64,000 nucleotides of DNA, from contig CAWCYI010000006.1 of NCBI GenBank assembly GCA_963799845.1, positions 352,001 to 416,000 on the forward strand. Direction: 5' to 3'. The number at the start of each line of letters is the position of its first letter. Position 1 is the first letter of the stretch. The notes beneath the pieces were generated by a model. The model was not told the DNA's origin and did no database searches. It saw only the letters and a program-made list of their open reading frames with translations. The DNA is from an uncultured Nitrososphaerota archaeon. Lineage in GTDB: Archaea > Thermoproteota > Nitrososphaeria > Nitrososphaerales > CADDZS01. The translations under genes and the position numbers were made by a program. Below are positions 10,320 through 20,033 of this stretch, piece by piece.

Positions 10320-11105
10320 TTGAAGATAAAGGCATTGTTTGAGAAACGCGCTGTTCTCATCGAACACATGGATTCTGAATTTGGAAAGGGACGGAGTCTG
10401 GTCATAAGTGACCTTCACATTGGTTTTGAAGAGAAGTTCAAAAGTTCGGGAATAAACATTCAATCAAACGTCGAAAAAATGCGGCGCGAACTCGAGAGTT
10501 TGATAGTCGAGAATGAGGTCTCGAATTTGATAATTGCCGGGGACATAAAATCCGGGACTGACAGAATCTTCCAATCAGAATGGGAAAACGTTCCGCGCTT
10601 TCTTTCTGCCCTGACGAAAAGATGCAAAGTCATCATCGTTCCGGGTAATCATGATGGTGGTTTGTCTAATCTAGTTCCTGACGCCGTTCAAATCGCCGAT
10701 TCTAACGGAATTCTACTGCAAGACACTTTGATTTTTCACGGTCACACAAAGCCGCTGATCAAATTCAAGGATTGCAGCCGCATTGTCATGGGTCACATTC
10801 ATCCGATATATCAGAAGAAGGGGAGTCCCCTTTCCGGAATTCCTGTGTGGATATTCCTGAAGATTAACAAGAAGTTTCTCTTCAAGGATATCATACCCGA
10901 GGATGATGATTCCTTGATGGAGGTAATTGTTATCCCATCCTTCAATTCAGAGTTGACAGTGACTGGGTACTTCAATGAAGAAGCCAAAGCTGAACGAAGA
11001 CTCTCCCCGATAGTAAAGGAACTACGATCGGCCTCTGAGGCAATCATCACGACGCTGAACGCGGAAGTGATAGGAGACTTATCATTTCTGCCGAATGTTC
11101 TTTGA
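10320..11105 (+). CDS. Calcineurin-like metallophosphoesterase
   Basis: SDLHIG, IAGDIK, PGNHDG, FHGH, MGHIHP, IPSFN. Confidence 0.88.
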   Translation: MKIKALFEKRAVLIEHMDSEFGKGRSLVISDLHIGFEEKFKSSGINIQSNVEKMRRELESLIVENEVSNLIIAGDIKSGTDRIFQSEWENVPRFLSALTKRCKVIIVPGNHDGGLSNLVPDAVQIADSNGILLQDTLIFHGHTKPLIKFKDCSRIVMGHIHPIYQKKGSPLSGIPVWIFLKINKKFLFKDIIPEDDDSLMEVIVIPSFNSELTVTGYFNEEAKAERRLSPIVKELRSASEAIITTLNAEVIGDLSFLPNVL

Positions 11106-11291
11106 GATCTAGGCGGATGTCTAGAAATTATTTTGATAATGGAAAGGGCCTTCGTTCAGCTCGTTTCAAGCTCTTCTGAGCTAACAGTCACGAGAATTTT
11201 CAGAATACATTCCGCATTTCTGATTTTTGTGGAATGAAATTCAGAAACGAATATTAGTCGCACCCTTGAGACTTTATTGTCATAGCGAAAA

Positions 11292-11729
11292 ATGTCTAGC
11301 CGACCTCAAGATCTGGAAGAAGAGAAAAACGTCAAGGTTGTGCGTCGCCTCCTAGAGGAGGGCTTCGGTAAGGGCAACCTTTCCGTTGTCGATGATACCA
11401 TTTCTCAGAATTTCATAGAGCACCAAAGATTTGATCCGCCGCTTCCTCAGGGCCCTGCAGGAACGAAAGCCCTCATTACCGGTCTCCGAAAAATGTTCTC
11501 AGATTTTGAGTTTACAGTAGAGGATATTGCCGTGGAGGGAAACAAAGTGTGGACTCGCAACAGGGCGAAGGGAACCAACAGCGGAAGCATTATGGGAAAG
11601 CCTCCCACAGGCAAGAAGATGGAAATCGATGTATTCGACCTCTGCAAATTAGAGAATGGCAAAATAGTCGAACATTGGGGAGTACCGGATCAACTTGGCA
11701 TGCTAGAGCAAATTGGTTTCCTCCAATAG
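11292..11729 (+). CDS. SnoaL-like ester cyclase (NTF2 fold)
   Basis: VEDIAVEGNKV, GKPPTGKK, GKIVEHWG..DQLGMLEQIG. Confidence 0.85.
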   Translation: MSSRPQDLEEEKNVKVVRRLLEEGFGKGNLSVVDDTISQNFIEHQRFDPPLPQGPAGTKALITGLRKMFSDFEFTVEDIAVEGNKVWTRNRAKGTNSGSIMGKPPTGKKMEIDVFDLCKLENGKIVEHWGVPDQLGMLEQIGFLQ

Positions 11730-12315
11730 CACGTAGTCCATCCAGTGGTCTCTCTTACGGTTAGTCTAGTCACATTATGTAAAATCTGCACAACTCTCAA
11801 CCTTCTTAGTTTTTCTAAAAAGTGCACAAGTCCGATTCCACCCTCTCACGCTTGGTTGGTCACTTAATGCTACTCTCCTCTATCAACGCATCACCGCTAG
11901 AAGCATCGCCCCTAGTGATCCTATTGAGTCGCACTCAATCCCTCTTAGTCACGACGATGACGACGACGGCGATTCCCCTGACGTAATATACACACATGGG
12001 AACTAGAATTTAAAGAACGATTAATAATAAATCCTCGTAAGCTCTGGATTTTTGCCGGAAGCTGCTGAATTATCCATTTTTTCTTCACGAAATGGGTCTG
12101 ATTTCTGATCACTAGAGAATGAAGTGACCTTCAGGTAAATTCATCTGGCTAGTTTTCGGGATCAACTCTTAGAGCGCTAAAAGTCGGACAGGTGCTGCTT
12201 CATTTGTTCCGGGCATGGGACGTAAGGAAAAAATCACATTCTTATGTGGATAATTCTGTAGTTCAACAATAGCCCTTTATCTTACGTTATTCGCATAGTA
12301 CCAAGGCAAAAGAGA

Positions 12316-12960
12316 TTGCAGCTTCCGCCGATTCAGGAAATCAAAAAAAGGCGAATTGCCCTAGGTATCAGCCAGAAGAAGCTTGCCGACACAGTCGGAG
12401 CAAGCCAATCTCTGATTGCAAAGATCGAAAGTAATCGAGTAAATCCTTCCTATGATGTCGTGAAAAAAATTTTCGAGTACCTCGACCGGATGGAGCAGCC
12501 GAAGAGGGGGCTGGCAAAAGATGTGGAAAAACGTGACTTAGTCTGGGTGAAAAAAAGTGAGCGCGTCAGAGACGCCGCGGAAAAAATGCGTCAGCACGGT
12601 TTCTCCCAGCTTCCGGTGAGAGACGATCGAGAAGATATTTGCGTAGGCAGCGTCTCTGAAAGGCAGATAGTACAGGGAATATTGAAGGAGGCTGATCCAA
12701 AGTCTTTCTACGAAAAACCGGTGTCAGACATCATGCAAGAGCAGTTTCCGGTAGTTGATGAAGGATTAGCCGTCACCGCTGTCGCATTGCTCCTACAGCA
12801 CTCGCAAGCGGTTCTGACCGCTCGCAGAGGAAAAATTGTCGGCATAATAACTCCAAGTGATTTGCTGTCGATGAATACCGGAAGAGTTGCGAGCGTTAAG
12901 AGAAAAGACAATCAAACTTCAGAAAAAAACGAACAAAATCCCTCGTATCTCGCGACTTGA
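12316..12960 (+). CDS. XRE-HTH plus CBS-pair transcriptional regulator
   Basis: RRIALGISQKKLA..VGASQSLIAKIES; CBS motifs FSQLPV and GIITPSDLL. Confidence 0.85.
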   Translation: MQLPPIQEIKKRRIALGISQKKLADTVGASQSLIAKIESNRVNPSYDVVKKIFEYLDRMEQPKRGLAKDVEKRDLVWVKKSERVRDAAEKMRQHGFSQLPVRDDREDICVGSVSERQIVQGILKEADPKSFYEKPVSDIMQEQFPVVDEGLAVTAVALLLQHSQAVLTARRGKIVGIITPSDLLSMNTGRVASVKRKDNQTSEKNEQNPSYLAT

Positions 12961-13017
12961 TCGGAAAAATAAGAGGCAGACGGCAACGGATTATTGCCGT
13001 CAAGTGCTCTTAGAAAG

Positions 13018-14679
13018 CTACTCGTCCATTCCGCCCATGCCGCCCATTCCTCCCATACCGCCGCCGCCACCACCTGGTGGCATTGGGGGAGTTTTCATCT
13101 TGCTTGAAGCGATGACGTCATCGATCCGCAAGATCATGCTAGCGGCTTCGGTTGCTGATTTGATGATCTGTTGCTTGACTGCTGCCGGTTCGAAGACCTC
13201 TTCTGCCTCGAGGTCACCGACCTTACCTGCGAGTACGTCAACTCCGACCCATTTCTTTCCTTGCCCATGTTTTGCGCGAAGCTCCACCTGAGTATCGATT
13301 GGATCCATTCCAGCATTTTCAGCAAGGGTCAGAGGAATCGCCTCCAAGGCGTCAGCATATTTCTGAACGGCTAACTGCTCTCGTCCGGAAAGAGAGTTCG
13401 CCCATTCCCTCAACTGGTATGAGATTTCTGCCTCTGGAGCACCACCGCCGACGACTACGGATGGATGTTCAATCACGTCTTTTACGACCATCAACGCGTC
13501 GTGCATGCTTCTCTCAGCCTCGTCAGTTACACGCTGGGTCGCGCCTCTGACAAGTATCGTAGTAGATTTCGGATTCTTTGCACCTTCAACGAAAACCCAC
13601 TTGTCCTCCTCCACCTTTCGCTCCTCAACAAGTTGAGCCTTGCCAAGATCCTTTTCGGTCAGGTCGTCGAGATTTGTAACAACTCGTCCCCCCGTTGCCT
13701 TTGCCAGTTTAGTCATGTCTGACTCTTTGACTCTTCTGACCGCCAGAACGTTTGCCTTCGCGAGATAGTGCTGAGCGATGTCGTCAATTCCTTTCTGACA
13801 AATCACGACATTGGCACCGGAGTCAACGACCTTGGTAACCATTGACTTGAGCATCGAATTCTCCTCGTCCAAGAACTGTTTGATCTGAGAAGGATCGTTG
13901 ATGTTGATTTTTGCATCAAACTCTGTCTTTTCGATTTCCAGCGGAGAATTGATGAGCGCGATCTTTGCGCCTTCGATCCTCTTCGGCATACCCGCATGAA
14001 CGACTTCCTTGTCCAGCACGATTCCCTTTATCAGCTCAGTCTCTCTTAGACTGGTTCCAGGCTTTTTCTCAACCTTCACATCGTCAATGTCAACTCGGTA
14101 CTCGTCTCCGACTTTTTCGGCGACCGCGAGGAGAGCATCGGCACAAAGAGCTGCGAGATAATCAGACTCTTTGCTTATCAGCTTCGAAGCCATCGAAGTC
14201 TTTGCAACTTTCACGAGCCATTTTCGATCTGTAGGCGGTACCGGAATTGCAATCTTGTCCAAGATTTGCAAACCCTTGGCGGCTGCCTTTCTGTAACCAT
14301 CCACAACAATTGTAGGATGTACATTCTCCCTGATCAGATCTTCAGCATTTTCAAGAAGCGCCCCGGCGAGAACAACAGCAGATGTTGTGCCGTCTCCGAC
14401 TTCATTGTCCGTGGTCTTTGATATCTCTACTATCATTTTCGCAGCTGGATGCTGAACGTCAATTTCTTTCAGAATTGTCGCGCCGTCGTTAGTGATGGTT
14501 ACATCACCAAGTGTGTCCACCAACATCTTGTCCATTCCCCTAGGACCAAGACTGCTCTTTACGATCTCAGCTATCAGCTTTGCCGCGAAAATATTGTTTC
14601 GCTGCGCATCTCTTCCCTTATTTTCAGAAGTTCCTTCTTTCAAAATTAGAACAGGTGTGCCTGATTGTCCTTGACTCAT
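13018..14679 (-). CDS. ths: Thermosome (group II chaperonin) subunit
   Basis: [31 protein letters not shown]-terminal GGM repeats. Confidence 0.98.
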   Translation of the reverse strand: MSQGQSGTPVLILKEGTSENKGRDAQRNNIFAAKLIAEIVKSSLGPRGMDKMLVDTLGDVTITNDGATILKEIDVQHPAAKMIVEISKTTDNEVGDGTTSAVVLAGALLENAEDLIRENVHPTIVVDGYRKAAAKGLQILDKIAIPVPPTDRKWLVKVAKTSMASKLISKESDYLAALCADALLAVAEKVGDEYRVDIDDVKVEKKPGTSLRETELIKGIVLDKEVVHAGMPKRIEGAKIALINSPLEIEKTEFDAKININDPSQIKQFLDEENSMLKSMVTKVVDSGANVVICQKGIDDIAQHYLAKANVLAVRRVKESDMTKLAKATGGRVVTNLDDLTEKDLGKAQLVEERKVEEDKWVFVEGAKNPKSTTILVRGATQRVTDEAERSMHDALMVVKDVIEHPSVVVGGGAPEAEISYQLREWANSLSGREQLAVQKYADALEAIPLTLAENAGMDPIDTQVELRAKHGQGKKWVGVDVLAGKVGDLEAEEVFEPAAVKQQIIKSATEAASMILRIDDVIASSKMKTPPMPPGGGGGGMGGMGGMGGMDE

Positions 14680-14697
14680 AATTCCATACCCTCTTTA

Positions 14698-14741
14698 GTT
14701 ACTAACCTATTGACAGTAACCGAATGAGAAAGATATTTAAA
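14698..14741 (-). promoter_or_regulatory. Thermosome promoter (TATA) with a putative heat-shock repressor operator
   Basis: TTTAAATA on the minus strand (14734-14741); inverted repeat GTTACT-N11-AGTAAC (14698-14720) over the expected TSS, containing CTAAC-N5-GACAG. Confidence 0.55.
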
Positions 14742-14793
14742 ATTATCGAGACCTACTTTGCGGTGGAAGTATGAGAGGAGCACCAAGCGTTTG

Positions 14794-15483
14794 ATGACTA
14801 CCCCCGATAACATTGATGTCCTCCTGGATGTTCTTGGAAATGAAACGAGGCGGAGAATACTCCAGCTGCTAGCCGATGAACCGAGATATTTTATACAGCT
14901 TTCCAAAGATCTGGGGGTTTCACAGCAGGCAGTCCTCAAACATCTCGAAATCCTTGAACGAGTTGGGTTTGTCAGTTCCTTTGAAGGAGAAAGCGACTTC
15001 GCGGCCCCGAAACGAAAATACTTCCAGCTCAGTCGTTCGTGCATGCTAGCTATAGGGATAACCAATGATGCGGTACAGTTCGTGTTCCACGACATCCCTC
15101 AGGAAGGGAAAGATTCCATAAAACGCAGCGAACTGAAGTCCATACAGAAGGGAGCGGTTGAGCTGGAACAACAAAAAGACCACTCCAGGATCGTTACAAT
15201 GAGCGACGTTCTCCTGAAAGAAATAAACCAAAAGCTGGGTGAACTGGCCAAAGCTCAGATCTCTCTGCTCCGCCTAAAGCAAAGAATCACTCGGACAGCG
15301 CATGAAGCAATAAGAGAGGCTTTCGATCAGGAACTCCAACGTCAGATACTGTATTCGATGATCGGAGAAGAGAAAAGGCCCGATGTAAACCAATTATCTG
15401 AAATGCTTGATGCGAGAGAGCGCGAGATAAATGACGCCATCAAATCTTTGAAACAGAGATTGCAGGGCGATGTGATTTTTTAG
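14794..15483 (+). CDS. Phr/HSR1-like ArsR-family heat-shock regulator
   Basis: LLDVLGNETRRRIL..L...P.Y...LS..LGV.Q.AVL.HL.ILE...RKY recalls Pyrococcus Phr; coiled-coil C-terminus; divergent from ths. Confidence 0.75.
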   Translation: MTTPDNIDVLLDVLGNETRRRILQLLADEPRYFIQLSKDLGVSQQAVLKHLEILERVGFVSSFEGESDFAAPKRKYFQLSRSCMLAIGITNDAVQFVFHDIPQEGKDSIKRSELKSIQKGAVELEQQKDHSRIVTMSDVLLKEINQKLGELAKAQISLLRLKQRITRTAHEAIREAFDQELQRQILYSMIGEEKRPDVNQLSEMLDAREREINDAIKSLKQRLQGDVIF

Positions 15484-15547
15484 TTTTCTAAAAGTCAAAT
15501 TTTTAAGGTTAGGATCAAGAAGCTCTGTCAGGAAGATCATACAATTC

Positions 15548-15685
15548 ATGCCTGCAGTCAGCTCAGGAGATTGGGAGTGCCCAAAATGTCACAGCCGCAA
15601 CGTTGGCTTGGCCAAAGCCACTAAGAAATCTGCAAAGATGATGTGCAACGACTGTGGTTTCAAAGGCTCTCCAATGAACTTTTGA
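15548..15685 (+). CDS. 45-aa zinc-finger microprotein
   Basis: MPAVSSGDWECPKCHSRNVGLAKATKKSAKMMCNDCGFKGSPMNF; two CxxC; upstream TTTTAA box; below the ORF-track cutoff. Confidence 0.7.
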   Translation: MPAVSSGDWECPKCHSRNVGLAKATKKSAKMMCNDCGFKGSPMNF

Positions 15686-15851
15686 TTACCCTACGTCCTA
15701 AATCCAGGATACTACGCTGCGAGTTTTTCGTAGATATCAAAACTTCCTGAAGTGATTCTACTTTTTGTGGGTCGATAGGATTTTCGATCCTTCTACCCAA
15801 ACACTGATAAGTGATATCGACGATCTGATCTTATCTGAGCGGGCAAGAAGT

Positions 15852-16190
15852 TTGAGCGATAGAAGACGAAGCCAGCGTGGCAGTTTTTACGGAGATAAAC
15901 GTCCTTCGGGTTACGAGCCCAGAAGGAGCAGAAGAGATGAAGAGTCAGCGCGTCGGCTAGAGTCTGGAGGAAAGCCTGTGGAGGCTGGAAAGGAATACAA
16001 GGTTCGTGTCATTGATCGAAGTGAACGGGGAGAGGGTGTTGCAAGGATAGAAGGGTTCATTGTATTCATAAGGGGAGCAAAACCGGGAGAGGAAGTCAGA
16101 ATCAAGATTACAAATGTTGGAGCTCGAGCCGCAACCGGCGAAATTGTTCCAGAAACCGCCCCAGCCTCAGCACCTACAGGCACGTCCTGA
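15852..16190 (+). CDS. Single-TRAM-domain RNA-binding protein with Arg-rich N-terminus
   Basis: KPVEAGKEYKVRV.D.S.RGEGVARIEGFIVFI.GAKPGE; TTG start at 15852. Confidence 0.85.
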   Translation: MSDRRRSQRGSFYGDKRPSGYEPRRSRRDEESARRLESGGKPVEAGKEYKVRVIDRSERGEGVARIEGFIVFIRGAKPGEEVRIKITNVGARAATGEIVPETAPASAPTGTS

Positions 16191-16265
16191 AAATCCCAAA
16201 CCATTTTTCAATCGTCACTTAGATCAAGTCGTCCTTGAATAATTCAAGGGCTCCGGGTTTAAGAC

Positions 16266-17369
16266 TCATAGGTAGTCAAAGAGGGTACCTGATTTTAGAT
16301 CTGAGCTCTTTGTAAAGCCTGATACTTTGATTCCGACTCTACGAATGTGAGAACTACTCTCATCAAAATTTTTCTGATTAAAGTATGATTCAAACATCTC
16401 GCTTGCGATCTTCAGAATCTCGCTTTCCGAATCTGTGGGAGAATCAAGCGTCCTAGTTCTGCTCTTTATTTTTAGTTCGGAAGAGATTAAAATAATCCCA
16501 ATAGCTTTGCACAAATATTTTGAAGACGCGAGTCTTTGTGATAAATCATCTGCCAACGGCTTCAAAACTCCTTGAAAATCAAAAATTTCTGCATCGTGCT
16601 TGAGGGTGACAATCCTGCTCATTTGTTCAGGTTCTTTATCCAATACCGGATTGTCGTCGATCCCGTTTCCCATTCTCGATAGTGTCAACCCCTGCTTATT
16701 TCCAAACTGTTCCGATAGAACCTTGACATCGGTGGACCCAAGTTCTCCAACGGTTGTGATTCCCATTAGTTTCATTTTTTCCTCGGTCTTGGGACCGATT
16801 CCGAAGAGTTTCCCAACAGGAAGCGGATTCAGAAAGGGCTTTAATTCATTGGGAAGAATCATGGCGAATCCGTCTGGTTTTCTTGAATCTACGGCCATTT
16901 TTGCCATCAGTTTGTTTGGAGCAATTCCTACCGAACACGTCAGACCCTCCTTGGCAAAGATTTCGGTCTTAATTTCTCTTCCAATCGCGCCCGCTCTCTG
17001 ATAATCTGCCTCTGACAGATTGGTCACGTCGAGATAAGCTTCGTCAACGCTTGCTTGTTCGAATCTATCACCGTGTGTCCTGATGAGTCCCATTATGCGA
17101 TCCGAGACCGCTACGTAGTACTCAATATCCATTGGCAGAAATACGGATTCGGGATTTTTTTGAAGAATCTTCTTCGCAAGCGCTATGGGCATTCCCGATT
17201 TCACTCCCAGACCTCTTGCCACATAGTTCGAGGTGCTCACAGCACCACTTTCTGCCGTGCGTCCTGAAAAAACACAAATTACTGCTGGTTTTCCCTTGGT
17301 CGACGGGTTACGAACCTCTTCACACTGCGCATAAAAGTAGTCTAAATCTATAGCAATTATTACTCGCAT
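16266..17369 (-). CDS. dinB: Y-family DNA polymerase IV (Dpo4/DinB)
   Basis: IDLDYFYAQCEE, STSNYVAR..GVKSGMP, SVDEAYLD, GIGPKT, RRVGI. Confidence 0.95.
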   Translation of the reverse strand: MRVIIAIDLDYFYAQCEEVRNPSTKGKPAVICVFSGRTAESGAVSTSNYVARGLGVKSGMPIALAKKILQKNPESVFLPMDIEYYVAVSDRIMGLIRTHGDRFEQASVDEAYLDVTNLSEADYQRAGAIGREIKTEIFAKEGLTCSVGIAPNKLMAKMAVDSRKPDGFAMILPNELKPFLNPLPVGKLFGIGPKTEEKMKLMGITTVGELGSTDVKVLSEQFGNKQGLTLSRMGNGIDDNPVLDKEPEQMSRIVTLKHDAEIFDFQGVLKPLADDLSQRLASSKYLCKAIGIILISSELKIKSRTRTLDSPTDSESEILKIASEMFESYFNQKNFDESSSHIRRVGIKVSGFTKSSDLKSGTLFDYL

Positions 17370-17521
17370 CTCTTGAGTAGAGGTCAAATCAGCAATCATC
17401 GAATAATCGGCAGTTACGACAATCCAGTAAAGGCGAACTTCATAATTCCTGGGAACTGGGTTTTCATCTTAAAGCAGATTTGTAGGAATCTATTCGTATG
17501 CTATTTATTTTGGCAATATTT

Positions 17522-18634
17522 TCAATAGGACTTTGCCAACGTTTTCTTCCTGTTTTCCAATCCGCTCAGGAAAGATTCGAAAATTGCTTTCAGGTGTGCT
17601 GGATCAGAATAATTAGAAATGGATATACTCTCAGAGGAGAAGACATTCGCAAAATATGAATTGAATTCGCTGGACCCCTCGCCCGCGAACACCCAGATAT
17701 TTCCCTTCGACAAAATAGAATAACAGGAAAGGATTTCGAATATTTGTCCATAGTTGGAAGCGCCAATGTTCGAGAGAACTATGCACGCGGCGTCGCACTT
17801 GCTTATCAAATCCAAGGAAGCCGACAAATCCTTGGTACTACTAACGGCCGGAGACTTACTCAGAATTGTCCTATAACCGAACTTGGTCGCGGTGTCAAGC
17901 AAAGTGTACTTCTCTTCATCATTAACTTTGTCTCCAAACGACACAAACATATTGACGAGAGGGTGACAAATGTCGGTATCACAAGTAGTTTGTAAACAGG
18001 TTGGGCAGTGATCGTCGTATTTTTCGTAAACGCGTTCAGAAAGATCCAGTCTCAGCAGCTGGGAAAGAGTGAGCGTCCATGCCAATATAGCAGCCAGTTT
18101 CGATGTAATTTGCTCACGCGGAGCTCTTTTTCTGTTCAACATTGCCAGGTCACCCACATCTTTCATCATCGCCACAAGCGCATTCATGGGAGATAGCGTA
18201 GAGTTTTCCCCCTGATACAATTTTGAAATGAACGCCTGCCACTCACTCAAGGATCTGGGCTCAGAGTATTCATTCAAGCCGGGAGTCGTCGAACTTGACA
18301 AAGCCCCCCTTGGAGGATTTTTTCCGTACTTTTCCCAAGCCAACTCTGCAAGATCGATATTGAGTTTGTACGATATAGAACATGTCCACGAAAATACATC
18401 CGCCAAACCGGTCCCCAGATCCCCCCGTGACTCCATCGGATTTACAAGCTCAGCCACTTCCTCAACCAATCTAGAAATCATGTATTCGGTTGTGTGCTTG
18501 TCGTGCCGTTTGCCATAAATCCGTCCGAACTTTGTCATCCAATCATCAAGAGCGAGCGATTGACGATTGTCTTCTCGATTTTCAGTTAATCGACTCTGTC
18601 GGTTCTCAGTCTGATCTCGCATGTCCGATCTCAA
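17522..18634 (-). CDS. Tandem MazG-like domains, Cys cluster and C-terminal alpha/beta (TIR/NDT-like) domain
   Basis: Repeat 1 LVEEVAEL...LADVFSW...LNIDL...EKY; repeat 2 MMKDVGDL...LAAILAW...LRLDL...EKY; CPTCLQTTC; C-domain MFVSF...ISKCDAACIVL. Confidence 0.65.
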   Translation of the reverse strand: MRSDMRDQTENRQSRLTENREDNRQSLALDDWMTKFGRIYGKRHDKHTTEYMISRLVEEVAELVNPMESRGDLGTGLADVFSWTCSISYKLNIDLAELAWEKYGKNPPRGALSSSTTPGLNEYSEPRSLSEWQAFISKLYQGENSTLSPMNALVAMMKDVGDLAMLNRKRAPREQITSKLAAILAWTLTLSQLLRLDLSERVYEKYDDHCPTCLQTTCDTDICHPLVNMFVSFGDKVNDEEKYTLLDTATKFGYRTILSKSPAVSSTKDLSASLDLISKCDAACIVLSNIGASNYGQIFEILSCYSILSKGNIWVFAGEGSSEFNSYFANVFSSESISISNYSDPAHLKAIFESFLSGLENRKKTLAKSY

Positions 18635-18697
18635 TACCTGATGAGATGATTCATTCTTACGTTCGAAAACTCCAAAACTGTCGTTTCTTTTAGCAAA

Positions 18698-18871
18698 TCA
18701 AGGATTTTCTCTAAAGAACTCGGCCTTGCCTTCCTCTTCCTCCGTCTCTACTTCTTCAGCCTCCTTGTTCAGGATTCTTGATTCCGCGAGCTGGTCCTTT
18801 TTCCTAAGAGCATTAGCATGAGGAGCTGGACGTGAGCTTTTTTTCGTTGCACTTTTCTTTGTAGTCGCCAT
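18698..18871 (-). CDS. Small charged hypothetical protein (57 aa)
   Basis: MATTKKSATKKSSRPAPHANALRKKDQLAESRILNKEAEEVETEEEEGKAEFFRENP; TATA-like ATATATT upstream; co-oriented with the MazG gene. Confidence 0.55.
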   Translation of the reverse strand: MATTKKSATKKSSRPAPHANALRKKDQLAESRILNKEAEEVETEEEEGKAEFFRENP

Positions 18872-18935
18872 TCAGATTCTTCTGATATTCTGTCCTTTTC
18901 AAGGCAATATATATCGAATTTGTGTCAAACGAACA

Positions 18936-19065
18936 GAAGATTTGCTCTCCACTGCTGCTACGTGCCCTTGCGGATGACGTAGTCTCGGTCATCGCTTGTC
19001 CTGTCGATTACTCGCAAAATCTGAGCTTACTGAGAAGCTAGGAGAACTCACTCAACCATACTCAG
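18936..19065 (+). pseudogene. C-terminal remnant of a ThDP-dependent acetolactate synthase large subunit-like gene
   Basis: EDLL/PLLLRALADDVVSVIACPVDYSQNL/LTEKLGELTQP with frameshifts; CPVDYSxN is a typical end of this family; no upstream gene body. Confidence 0.55.
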
Positions 19066-19373
19066 CTGTCATTTACAAAAAGCAAATTTAGGAAGGACCT
19101 GGGCGGAGAAAAGAAAATCAATAGAGCTTGCTAGCTCGTTTTCAGCGATCTGGATGAAATGAGAATCATATTGTGTGTGCGGAATCGATGACTAAAATCT
19201 GGTGCAGACAGATTCAGTCCGGAAGCGCCCAAATTAGGAACTACCCTTAGTGCGATATAGTACTCCATTTCATTCTGGACGATTCTAGTGGACATCTCGT
19301 ATAGATTTGGGAATCTTTTCGAAACTGGATAATAATTGCCGTGAAGCATCATTTTACTTCGATGACTATAAAC

Positions 19374-19943
19374 ATGCAATCCAGTCTCAAACTACAACAG
19401 CAACAGCAACAAAGCGTTCCAAAGGATGAACGGAACCAAGCACGAAATTTAGCGCAAGCCTCCCTCAGCTTTGATCCGATGATCCCAAGCGACACCACGC
19501 TCGCAGAAGTTCTGGGATTAGTCGAGGTTCTCGGGGAGAGGGGCTCTAACATTCCAATTTCCGTCAGTGGTAGTAGAAGGTTCTTTCGGGGCTCATCCGA
19601 ATTTCTCGTGCTTTTAGCGGCAACCAAAATGCTCGGGTTAGTATCCATGGCGGATAATCGATTCTTTCTAACCGAAATCGGTCTCGCTTTCCTCAAAGCC
19701 AACTTTCATGAGCAGATGGAAACACTCAAAGCTAGGTTGACTAGGATTGAACCCTTCAAATCGACCCTCGAACTGCTGTCAGACAGAAAATCTATCGATG
19801 CGGCCGTGGTTTCAAGGAGGCTCTCGGAAAAGTATGCCATGGGGGATTTCGACCCAAATCGGATAAGTCTTGTCCTGATCGATTGGGGGCTACCGACTTG
19901 TCTGCTTGAATACAGTAGTGATGACGAATTTCGACTGGACTGA
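19374..19943 (+). CDS. Stand-alone domain resembling the C-terminal AAA-associated domain of nitrate/sulfonate ABC ATPases
   Basis: VLGLVEVL, A..MLGLV, LTEIG..F, IEPF, LIDWG....LLEY; poly-Q N-terminus; no Walker A. Confidence 0.55.
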   Translation: MQSSLKLQQQQQQSVPKDERNQARNLAQASLSFDPMIPSDTTLAEVLGLVEVLGERGSNIPISVSGSRRFFRGSSEFLVLLAATKMLGLVSMADNRFFLTEIGLAFLKANFHEQMETLKARLTRIEPFKSTLELLSDRKSIDAAVVSRRLSEKYAMGDFDPNRISLVLIDWGLPTCLLEYSSDDEFRLD

Positions 19944-20033
19944 AAAAATCTTGCGGGGTTCTTTGATATCCCCTCTTGAACGTTGATATTGACTGGCTAT
20001 GAAATTACGATTCCGAACGGTATTCGCTTGTAT

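Noticed and set aside
11935-11997. Val/Ile-rich micro-ORF as an ilv-type attenuator leader
   Set aside because: No branched-chain amino acid gene follows on that strand; kept only as an unexplained RNA or micropeptide candidate
13018-13090. GGM and poly-Gly tandem repeats
   Set aside because: Normal chaperonin C-terminal tail
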